From Candidatus Anoxymicrobiaceae bacterium (GTDB lineage: Bacteria > Actinomycetota > Geothermincolia > Fen-727 > Anoxymicrobiaceae), in assembly GCA_036845225.1 (NCBI GenBank), contig DAIUEJ010000005.1, positions 10,808 through 74,807 of the forward strand: a DNA stretch of 64,000 bases. Direction: 5' to 3'. Below the pieces are notes generated by a model. That model searched no databases. It worked only from the letters and a program-made list of their open reading frames with translations, and had not been told where the DNA came from. A program made the position numbers and the translations under genes. Positions 56,529 to 64,000 of this stretch are shown one piece after another (the first letter of the stretch is position 1; the number at the start of each line of letters is the position of its first letter).

Positions 56529-57428
56529 TCACCGTGGCGGCCGGTCGCCAGGTGCCAGGCTTTCCTCATAGGCGGGATCCGTCCAGCAGAGAGGCCCGAG
56601 AGCTTCGGACAGGGGGTCGGAGTCCGTGCGGCTGAAGCCGAGGTGGAGGTGGCGGCGCCAGCCTTCCGAGTGGTTGAACCGCCCGGAAGCGCGGCCGACC
56701 TCGCTGCTCATGAGTTCCATGCCCTCCAGGTAGTCGAGGTCCAGGCTCTCGCGTAGCCACTCCAGTTGGCTGTGATGCATCTCCAGCAGGCGGCGCTTCT
56801 CCCCCATCACCTCCGCGGTATTGACATACTGCCCTGCCGCGACCCGCCTCCGCAGCCCGTCGAGCAGGCCGTACGGAAGCGCATGGTAGATCGTCACCTC
56901 TCCGTCCCAGGGAGGCATATCAGGCACGGTGCGGTAATCCTGGAAACCCCGCACAAACGCTGCCGCCACGACGAGCCGGCACGAGTTCTCGTGGTCAGGG
57001 TGATAGTCGCCGGGGGAATGGACGAGGATGATGCGCGGCCTCACGGAGCGGATCACTGCTGCGGCGCGCGCGACCATGTCCGGGCCGCAGGATATGCCCA
57101 TGTCGGGCGCGACCGGCCCGTGGAACTCCGCGCCCGCGGCATCGGCGGAGGCACGCGCTTCGGCGAGCCGGATCTTCGCGGTGGCCTCCCTGCTTTTGTC
57201 GACAGACCCGAGAGAGCCGTCCGACACGCTCCACATGTGGATGCGCGCCCCAGCGTTCCGCAGCATGAGCAGGGTGCCGGCCATCATGAACTCGATGTCG
57301 TCCGGGTGCGCGCCGGCCGCGAGGGCGACGAGCGCTTCGTGGTCAATCTCTGGCACCTTTGTCTCCCCTTTCCGGGACGACCAGTCAGAAGATATGCCAA
57401 GAAAAGCACTGATGGCCTGGAGGCGCAA
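56529..57428 (-). CDS. PIG-L/LmbE family N-acetylglucosaminyl deacetylase
   Basis: AHPDDIEF...HSPGDYHPDHE zinc-binding motifs; N-terminal ~35 aa of the ORF are uncertain. Confidence 0.7.
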   Translation of the reverse strand: MRLQAISAFLGISSDWSSRKGETKVPEIDHEALVALAAGAHPDDIEFMMAGTLLMLRNAGARIHMWSVSDGSLGSVDKSREATAKIRLAEARASADAAGAEFHGPVAPDMGISCGPDMVARAAAVIRSVRPRIILVHSPGDYHPDHENSCRLVVAAAFVRGFQDYRTVPDMPPWDGEVTIYHALPYGLLDGLRRRVAAGQYVNTAEVMGEKRRLLEMHHSQLEWLRESLDLDYLEGMELMSSEVGRASGRFNHSEGWRRHLHLGFSRTDSDPLSEALGPLCWTDPAYEESLAPGDRPPR

Positions 57429-57487
57429 GGCAGGAAGTAACAGTCAACGGTAGAAAACAGGTCTGGTAGCGATAGAAGCAAGGAGGC

Positions 57488-57829
57488 GTGATGGGAGTTA
57501 TCTTTACGCGGATGAAGCAAGGGCCGGGTGCAGCCGTGCACTTCGTTTCCGACCGGATGAAGAAAGGCGAAGACATGGAACCGGCAAAGCTCGAACCGGG
57601 CACGGGGGCACTGCTGGAGGTCAAGGGCAAGAAGCTCGCCATATACAAGGACGAAAAAGGCGAGCTCCACGTGATGTCGCCGGTCTGTCAGCACCTGCGC
57701 TGCATCGTGGGGTGGAACGCCGAGGCGAAGACGTGGGACTGCCCGTGTCACGGCTCGAGGTATGACGCCACGGGCAAGGTCCTGAACGGCCCGACCAAGC
57801 ACGACCTGCTGCCCGAGACCCTCGACTGA
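57488..57829 (+). CDS. Rieske [2Fe-2S] domain protein
   Basis: CQH...CPCHGS Rieske ligand boxes. Confidence 0.75.
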   Translation: MMGVIFTRMKQGPGAAVHFVSDRMKKGEDMEPAKLEPGTGALLEVKGKKLAIYKDEKGELHVMSPVCQHLRCIVGWNAEAKTWDCPCHGSRYDATGKVLNGPTKHDLLPETLD

Positions 57830-57858
57830 GCAAGGCGGCGCCCGCTGCGCCGCTTCAG

Positions 57859-58797
57859 TCAGACTGCATCGAGGCCTTCCATGGCGGCACGGCACGCCTC
57901 GATCTCATCGCGGCTCATCCACTCATTCTTGTCACGCTGCGTTGCAAGGGGGCTCGAGCGACCGAGCTTGCGGTCCTTGTCGAGCCACAGAGGGTTGTAT
58001 TGCAGGAGGGCGACCCTCTTCGCGCCGCTGTCTCTCAGGAATCCCGCGATCGCCTTCAGGTTCTCCTCCGTCGCGGTTATCCCTGGAATGAGCGGGACAC
58101 GGGGCAGCAGCTCGGTGCCGCGCTCGGCGCAACTCTGGAGAAGGGCCTTGAAGTTCTCGAGGATGAGGCTGTTCGACACGCCGCACTGCTCGCGGTGCAG
58201 CGCTTCGTCGTGGATCTTGATGTCAAAGTAGACCGCGTCGGCGTGCGGGAGCACGAGCCGCTCGAACCCTTCGAGCGCGAAGTACCCGCAGGTCTCGACA
58301 ATTGTATGCACGCCCTTCTCCTTCAACCTCGCCAGCAGTCGCGAGCAGTACTCCATGAAAAGAGTGGGCTCGCCGCCCGAAAGGGTCACCCCGCCCCCCG
58401 ACGTCTTGAAGAACGGCAGGTCTTTCTCGATCTCGAGGGCCACTTCCTCGACGGTCATGTGCCGGCCGACCAGCGCAAGCGCTCTGGAGGGACAGGCTTC
58501 GACGCAGTCGAGGCACATGTCACAGCGCTCGCGGTCGATGAAGCCCGGCAGGTCCCTGGACAGCGCACCGAGGCCGCACGCCTCGATGCACGCGTCGCAC
58601 GCCACGCACTCATTCTCGTCGAACGATATCTCGGCGCCGGCGCGCTTGCTCTCGGGGTTGTGGCACCAGGAACAGTCGAGCGGGCAGCCCTTGAAGAACA
58701 CCACCGTGCGGATGCCCGGCCCGTCGTCGAGGGAGTTGCCTTTGATCTCCAGTATCAGAGGCTCTCTGCCGGGCCTGTCGTCGTGCAAGAGCCCCAC
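57859..58797 (-). CDS. Glycyl-radical enzyme activating enzyme (radical SAM, with extra ferredoxin-like Cys clusters)
   Basis: GCPLDCSWCHNPE radical-SAM cluster; CVACDACIEAC and CDMCLDCVEACP auxiliary clusters. Confidence 0.85.
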   Translation of the reverse strand: MGLLHDDRPGREPLILEIKGNSLDDGPGIRTVVFFKGCPLDCSWCHNPESKRAGAEISFDENECVACDACIEACGLGALSRDLPGFIDRERCDMCLDCVEACPSRALALVGRHMTVEEVALEIEKDLPFFKTSGGGVTLSGGEPTLFMEYCSRLLARLKEKGVHTIVETCGYFALEGFERLVLPHADAVYFDIKIHDEALHREQCGVSNSLILENFKALLQSCAERGTELLPRVPLIPGITATEENLKAIAGFLRDSGAKRVALLQYNPLWLDKDRKLGRSSPLATQRDKNEWMSRDEIEACRAAMEGLDAV

Positions 58798-61770
58798 CTA
58801 GATCCCATACTCTGCGCGCTCGATCAGCTCGATCTGCATGTCCCTGTTAAGGGTCACGAAGTAAGCGTTGTAGCCGGAGATGCGGACGAGGAGGTTGCGA
58901 TAGTCCTCCGGGTGCGCCATGGCGTCGCGCAGCATATCGGTGGTGACCACGTTCATCTGCATCTGCATCCCACCGAGGTCGAAGTAAGTCTTCACGTAGG
59001 AGAACATGTTCTCCACGATGCGCTCGTGGCTGTCGGATGCTCCGGGGACCACCTTCACGTTGAAGGCGATGTTGTTGTTCATGTTTCGCGCGTCGAGGCT
59101 GGCGACGTCTCGGATGTTGTCGAGCAGGTTTGGCGAGGCGTTGGGCTCGGGGGTGAGCCCCGGGGTGAACGCCTTTCCGGCGAGCCTGCCCGATGGGAGC
59201 GCCCCGGTGAGCGTCCCGAAGGCGACGTGGTTGGACATCGACCAGAAGCCGGCGGTGTACGGGCCGCCCCTGAAGTTCCTGTGCGCGCCGTAGGTGTCGT
59301 GGGCGAACTTCGCCACCCGGTCCGCCATCGCCACGGCCTCAGCGCTGCCCGAGCCGAAAAGCGGGACCCGCTTCGTGACCATGGCATGGAGCGCCGCGTC
59401 GCTCGCGAAGTTGGTGTCGACGGCCCGCTTCAAGTCGGTGAACTTCACCTTCTTGTCGTCGTACACAAGGGTCTTGATGACCATCAGCGAGTCCGTGATG
59501 TCCGCGAGCCCTATGCAGGCCGCGCCAGACGAGTTGTAGCGCGCGCCTCCCACGGTCGCGTCCTTGCCTTCAGAAATGCAGTCATCCTGGAGCGACGAGA
59601 GCAGAGGGGTCGGCCGCAGCAGGCTGTGCGCCTCCCCGAGCATGTTGTTGTACTCCACCGAGTTGTCGATCAGGAACTTGAACTGGGTGGTGAACGCCGC
59701 GAAGAAGTCCTCGAAGGTCTCGAAGTCGCCGGCTTCGATGCTGCCGGTCTTCGGGCCGACGTCCCATTCCATGAGCGGATGGCGCCCGTTGTTCATGGCC
59801 ATCTCGAAGGCGGCGACCATGTTCATCATCATGCAGTTGGTGTGGCCCATGTGTTTGCCGGAGAGGGTCGGCTCGACGCAGCCGGTTGCCGCCCAGTCGC
59901 GCAGGTCCTCGGGTGCGTAGCCGAACTCTTCGAGCGACTTCATCACGGCGAGGTCGTTGTGCAGCGACGGTGTCGCCGCGGTGATCAGGTTCACCTCGCA
60001 TAGACGTTTAAGGTAAGCGTCCGAATTCTTCTCCGGGTTGAACCTCGCGTTCACGTTCGGGTCCCGTATGCCCAGTATCTCCGTCACCTTCAGGAAGACG
60101 TACGTCATGTCGTTGACCGCGTCCTCCCCCTCCGGCGTGACACCGCCAAGCGTTATCGCCTGGTCGGAGGAAGAGCCGCCGAACAAATAGTTTCCTATGT
60201 CCGGCACAAGGGGAAGGTGGTCCGTGCACCGCATGTAGAAGCAACCGACGAGTTCGACCGCCTTCTTGATGTATTCCTTTTTCTCCTCAGGCGTTCCCAG
60301 CTTCGCCATATCGGCCTCGAAGAACGGCTGCAGCCATTGGTCCATCCGCCCGATGGACAGCCCGGCGTTGGTGCTCTCCATATGCAGGCCGACCCATCCG
60401 ATCCAGATCGCGTTGAGGGCTTCATCCAGCGTCTCCGCGGGGTGCTCGGGGACTCTGCGGCATGTCTCCGCCAGCCTCTCGAGCTCAGCCTTTCGAACGG
60501 GGTCGGTCTCGGCAGCCGCGTCTTTCTCCGCCTGAGCCGAAAGGTTCCGAGCGTAGGCGGTGAGGCCTTCGAGGCAGAGCACCATGGCCTCGAGGGTATC
60601 CTTCTTCTCCTGGCTCGCGGAGGCATCCGCTGCCAGCTCCTGCTCTATCTCGCGGATGATCCCGCCGGTGCCCAGCCGCAGCAGCTTCGGGAAGTCGAGT
60701 ATGGTGTGCGACAGCGACGCCGTCTTCCACATGAAGTACACAGCGAAACGCTCGTCCATCTTCTGGGAGAGCGGCTGTGAGTACTTGTCGCGCACCCACT
60801 CGCGCATGTTGCGCTTCGACCAGTAGGGAAACACCTTGTGGTGGAAGGCCTCCCGCGTCTCCTCGCTTATCTCGTAGGGGTTCAGGGGGCGGCCGGGCAG
60901 CGAGCCGAGCTCTCCCCATATCATGGTGCCGTGGGTGTCGGGGTAGACCACGACCCCGATCTCTTTGGTGGTGGTGGTGCCGGCGATCAGGTCGTCCTCG
61001 CGGATTATCGGCTCGCGGTTCTCCATCAGGTATTTGTATGCCTGTGCCTGCCTGAGCGCCGGCACCCACTCCTCGCCCTGGACGTCGGTCTCGAAACCGT
61101 TCTCGAGGAACCAGTCGGTCAGGAGAGACGAGCGCTCGTGGCACACCTCGGGAGTGCGGGTGAAGTGGACGTCGAGAAAACGCTCGAGCCTGGGGAAGTC
61201 GTCGAGCGAGTATTCCGCGAGGTAGGGGTCGTCCAGGTGCTTGACCCCGGAGTCCACCCTCTCACCTTTCATCCTCACCTTATGCCGCTCCGACATCTCG
61301 CGCGACAGAGCCGGGTCGGACGGTCCGCCCATGCTGGCGCGCTCTTTCGCGTCGGCGGCTTTCGCCTTCTCCGTCAACTTCTTCTGGGTCTTGGAGAGCA
61401 CCAGGGAAAGGTAGTAGTTGAAGAGGTTCATGTACGAGAGGTTGCCCTCGAGCCTGAACTCGCTCTTCAGAAGGAGGTTCAGCATCTCGCTGGGCGGCAG
61501 ACTCAGCATCCGCTTGATGACGCTGTCGTCCCTGTAGACCATCGTGACGTCAGCGTCCGCGGGGACCGAGGAGGCCACGCGCGCCTTGCCGTCCCGGAAA
61601 GTGATGGACTGCTCGACGGTGTTCGCCTCGGTCCTGAAGCCGACCGAGAGATCGAACCAGGAGCCGTTGGTCCGCATCTCCTCTTTCAGGGAGGGCCTGT
61701 GGTTGAAGCTCCCCGCCATCATGCGCAGGAGCGCGTTCGCGAGAAGGTTCGTCGATGTGTGACCGTTCAC
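58798..61770 (-). CDS. Glycyl radical enzyme, eliminase/dehydratase type (GCVEP Cys loop), 990 aa, with N-terminal ~190-aa SCP2-like extension
   Basis: C-terminal glycyl radical motif RISGYNAYFVTL; Cys loop ATGCVEPTLSGK. N-terminus has ADVTMVYRDDSVIKRMLSLPPSEMLNLLLKSEFRLEGNLSYMNLF, which resembles the SCP2 sterol-carrier fold signature. Confidence 0.8.
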   Translation of the reverse strand: MNGHTSTNLLANALLRMMAGSFNHRPSLKEEMRTNGSWFDLSVGFRTEANTVEQSITFRDGKARVASSVPADADVTMVYRDDSVIKRMLSLPPSEMLNLLLKSEFRLEGNLSYMNLFNYYLSLVLSKTQKKLTEKAKAADAKERASMGGPSDPALSREMSERHKVRMKGERVDSGVKHLDDPYLAEYSLDDFPRLERFLDVHFTRTPEVCHERSSLLTDWFLENGFETDVQGEEWVPALRQAQAYKYLMENREPIIREDDLIAGTTTTKEIGVVVYPDTHGTMIWGELGSLPGRPLNPYEISEETREAFHHKVFPYWSKRNMREWVRDKYSQPLSQKMDERFAVYFMWKTASLSHTILDFPKLLRLGTGGIIREIEQELAADASASQEKKDTLEAMVLCLEGLTAYARNLSAQAEKDAAAETDPVRKAELERLAETCRRVPEHPAETLDEALNAIWIGWVGLHMESTNAGLSIGRMDQWLQPFFEADMAKLGTPEEKKEYIKKAVELVGCFYMRCTDHLPLVPDIGNYLFGGSSSDQAITLGGVTPEGEDAVNDMTYVFLKVTEILGIRDPNVNARFNPEKNSDAYLKRLCEVNLITAATPSLHNDLAVMKSLEEFGYAPEDLRDWAATGCVEPTLSGKHMGHTNCMMMNMVAAFEMAMNNGRHPLMEWDVGPKTGSIEAGDFETFEDFFAAFTTQFKFLIDNSVEYNNMLGEAHSLLRPTPLLSSLQDDCISEGKDATVGGARYNSSGAACIGLADITDSLMVIKTLVYDDKKVKFTDLKRAVDTNFASDAALHAMVTKRVPLFGSGSAEAVAMADRVAKFAHDTYGAHRNFRGGPYTAGFWSMSNHVAFGTLTGALPSGRLAGKAFTPGLTPEPNASPNLLDNIRDVASLDARNMNNNIAFNVKVVPGASDSHERIVENMFSYVKTYFDLGGMQMQMNVVTTDMLRDAMAHPEDYRNLLVRISGYNAYFVTLNRDMQIELIERAEYGI

Positions 61771-61794
61771 GTCGGCCTCCTTGACTTAACACTA

Positions 61795-61856
61795 GGGGTC
61801 AGGTCCTTTTTCTTAAGTCCCGGGACTAAACTTTTTGGGGTCAGGCCCCTTTTTGT
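61795..61856. repeat. Cluster of REP-like units upstream of the GRE gene: ggggtcaggtcc-ttttt / palindrome agtcccgggact / ggggtcaggcccc-ttttt
   Basis: Shares an 18-nt identity (gaaaaaggacctgacccc, inverted) with 36415-36438 and the GGGGTCAGG core with the elements at 379-477 and 4307-4360. Confidence 0.55.
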
Positions 61857-61930
61857 TTAGTCGCAGGGATAATCATAGTACGGTTGGGCGCGAGGTGATA
61901 ATGACGGATGACGTATTCCCGTCGAGCGCC

Positions 61931-62602
61931 TTATTGAGCCCGGCCGACCGGACAGGCCACGGCGCACATCGCGCAGGCGTGCTTGCGGCCGAGGACAGGG
62001 ATGTGTGAGCGCCTCCACCGGTCACACTCGAACGCATCGATAAGCTCGTCGCGGCCGCAGCCGGGGCTCCAGGTGCCACTTTTCAGCGCCCCGGAAGGGC
62101 AGGCATCCACGCACAGGCGGCACCTGCCGCAGCGAGAACCGGTGACAGGCTTGCCGGCCGTCATTCGCTCGGCGGCGAGCACCGTCGCCATCTCGAGGCG
62201 CGGACCGAACGCGGGCGAGACCAGCATGCCGTTCCTCCCGACCCATCCCAGCCCGGCGAGCGTGGCGGCAGTCTTCTGCTGGAATCACGCCGATAGCGAG
62301 CACTCGTCCTGGCCCGAGATGCGCACGTTCGGGATGCCCAGGCTGTCCAGTAACGAGCATAACTCCGTGACTGCGCCCTTCAGCCCGCGGTCGGCTTCGA
62401 GTTCCGCGGAGTGGTACGACTCCTCGTCGTAGGACTCGAGCGTCGGGGCCTCCGCTCCCGGGAACAACGGGGAGACCAGCACCAGCGCCGAGCCGTAGCC
62501 CCAGGGCCCTGACTCGCCGAGTACGGACAGGTCCGCGACGCCCCAGGCCGCCAGGCCCAGGCCGTCGAGCAACGTCTTTATGGCTTCGTAGTTCTTGCTC
62601 AT
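61931..62602 (-). pseudogene. QueG-like epoxyqueuosine reductase-family Fe-S protein (short), interrupted by an in-frame TGA at 62285-62287
   Basis: Upstream ORF ends ...QDECSLSA-TGA, then the same frame continues FQQKTAATLAGLGWVGRNGMLV... (QueG AGLGWIGK motif), followed by CGRCRLCVDACP and CAMCAVACP clusters. (62686-62227)=459 is a multiple of 3. Confidence 0.5.
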
Positions 62603-62735
62603 CGTCCCATCATGATACCGGCGATTTCGTCCCATTGCACCGTTTGCGGTCGATGCCGACGGCCTCCTCCTGAACGACCGCGTCATCCCGGCGTTTGTTA
62701 TAGACTCTAACCGTGGCTGAAGGCGGAGCGGGAGG

Positions 62736-63713
62736 ATGGGAATGGACCTCGATATCGACGAGGAGCTTCTCGGTCAGTTCGAGCGCCAGCTCGACCCGAG
62801 GCACCCCGAGGCGGGCGAGATCCCGGCAAAAGTCCTGGGATACGGCGAGATAAGCACCGTGTTCGAGATCGGCTCGGGCAGCCAGGCGGACGTCGCCTAC
62901 AAGCGCATGCCCATCTTCGAGACCGAGGCCGAGCTCGACAAGTACCGCTGGATCTTCCGCGAGTACAACCAGTTGCTGTCATCGCAGGTCGGGCTGCTGC
63001 TGCCGCCCTTCGGGCACGCCACGGTGACGGGCTCCGATTCCAAGCCCGTGATGTTCCTCGCACAGAAGAAACTCGACCCCGCTTCGATCGGCAACAAGGC
63101 GATTCAGGTCCTCTCGGAGGAAGATACCGTGCGCCTGGTGGTCCTGGTCCTGCGGGAACTCGCGAAGCTCTGGGACTTCAACGCGCGGCAGGGCGAGGTG
63201 GAGCTGGGCATCGACGGCCAGATATCCAACTGGTCGGTCGAGGGCTTCGACCCCGCGAACCCCGCCGTCAGCGACGAGACGCGCCTCTACTACATCGACA
63301 CCAGCACCCCGTTCATAAGGCTCGAGGGAGTGGAGCAGCTCGACCCGGAGCTCTTCCTGAGGAGCGCGCCGTCATTCCTGGTGTGGCTTCTGCGATTGAT
63401 GTTCCTCGAGGACGTGATGACCCGCTACTACGACTTCCACCTGGTCGCCGTGGACATCATCGCGAACTTCTACAAGGAGCAACTGCCGCAGCGCATACCC
63501 GCGCTGGTGAAGGCGGCCAACGAGTTCTTCGAGGGCGAGGCCGCGGCGCTTGACGTTGCGCCTCTCACGGAGAAGGAGATCAAGTCTTATTACCGCGAGG
63601 ACGCCATGATCTGGAGGCTGTACCTCGCGATGAGGAGGAGTGACCGTTTCCTGCGGACCAGGATAACCAGGAAAGGCTACCCCTACATCCTGCCGGGAAA
63701 GATCAAGAGATAG
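62736..63713 (+). CDS. Hypothetical protein (325 aa)
   Basis: Long ORF with host-like codon usage; no recognisable motif. Confidence 0.45.
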   Translation: MGMDLDIDEELLGQFERQLDPRHPEAGEIPAKVLGYGEISTVFEIGSGSQADVAYKRMPIFETEAELDKYRWIFREYNQLLSSQVGLLLPPFGHATVTGSDSKPVMFLAQKKLDPASIGNKAIQVLSEEDTVRLVVLVLRELAKLWDFNARQGEVELGIDGQISNWSVEGFDPANPAVSDETRLYYIDTSTPFIRLEGVEQLDPELFLRSAPSFLVWLLRLMFLEDVMTRYYDFHLVAVDIIANFYKEQLPQRIPALVKAANEFFEGEAAALDVAPLTEKEIKSYYREDAMIWRLYLAMRRSDRFLRTRITRKGYPYILPGKIKR

Positions 63714-63734
63714 CGAGCGCACAGGAGGCACGCG

Positions 63735-64000
63735 ATGTCTGTCATCGGGCAGTTGCCCAAGGAGAAGATCACCGAACTCTTCGCGCGGCACGTGTCGAGC
63801 GGGAAAGTGGAGTTCTTCGAGAACGCGGGAATCGACCTCGTGCCGGGCCGGCGTGAGGGCGTGTACCTCTACGACATAGACGGCCAGCGGCTCATCAACT
63901 GCAACTCCAACGGCGGGGTCTTCAACCTGGGGCACCGCAACCCGCAGGTACTGGCCGCCCTGGAGGAAGCGCTCGCCGAGCTCGACATCGGGACGCACCA
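63735..64000 (+). CDS. Class-III (PLP-dependent) aminotransferase, N-terminal part; 3' end outside the window
   Basis: MSVIGQLPKEKITELFARHVSSG...DIDGQRLINCNSNGGVFNLGHRNPQV, typical of the acetylornithine/ornithine/putrescine aminotransferase family; SD acaggagg upstream. Confidence 0.65.
   Translation, partial: MSVIGQLPKEKITELFARHVSSGKVEFFENAGIDLVPGRREGVYLYDIDGQRLINCNSNGGVFNLGHRNPQVLAALEEALAELDIGTH

Noticed and set aside
61795-61856. SRP RNA, because the GGUCAGGUCC core resembles the 4.5S RNA domain IV
   Set aside because: The downstream GGAAGGAAGCAGC consensus and the rest of the Alu/S-domain helices are absent; the motif is part of a dispersed repeat family instead.
62285-62287. In-frame TGA in the queG-like gene as selenocysteine
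   Set aside because: The aligned residue in QueG is not Cys, no SECIS-like hairpin is seen downstream, and TGA terminates several other genes here.
1-64000. CRISPR arrays, prophage structural genes, toxin-antitoxin or defence-system signatures
   Set aside because: No short direct repeat-spacer arrays, integrase, capsid/terminase or recognisable defence domains were found; the repeats present are REP-like palindromes, not CRISPR repeats.

Overview
This is a 64 kb high-GC (~65-70%) bacterial window, probably from an Actinobacteria-like anaerobe. Supporting signs are an atypical-receiver OmpR regulator next to glnA, a PASTA-containing Ser/Thr kinase, an LCP protein, an Hdr-like protein, an archaeal-type split glutamate synthase and a glycyl-radical enzyme. 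Most of the window is conserved housekeeping and metabolic genes: a nitrogen-assimilation supercluster (gdh', nadE, glnK-amtB, gltB1-3, glnA, atypical response regulator); pheST-nadD-lytR-rsfS; infC-rpmI-rplT; a rib operon with an FMN riboswitch; def-fmt-rsmB; and metK. Accessory content sits between these blocks. (1) A ~4.7 kb low-GC island holding two GT4 glycosyltransferases and GH130 genes, flanked by an IS1380-family transposase remnant and a tRNA-Ala locus that carries an inverted partial tRNA copy. (2) A ~0.9 kb low-GC mobile element encoding an IS200-like/RAYT-type Y1 HUH transposase, bounded by hairpin-containing inverted repeats. The hairpin loop of those repeats (t[a/g]ggg[a/t]caggcaccg) recurs in REP-like elements dispersed through intergenic regions of the window. 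(3) A c-di-GMP module (REC-GGDEF regulator, GAF/PAS histidine kinase, GAF-GAF-HD-GYP). (4) An unusually long (990 aa) glycyl-radical enzyme of the eliminase type (GCVEP cysteine loop), apparently fused to an N-terminal SCP2-like domain, with its activase, a Rieske protein and a PIG-L deacetylase nearby. Four genes carry apparent single lesions (two frameshifts, two in-frame stops). Conserved GAAACATCGCC-containing direct-repeat motifs lie upstream of both amtB and glnA and are candidate nitrogen-regulator boxes. Many long ORFs antisense to real genes are high-GC artefacts and were rejected.
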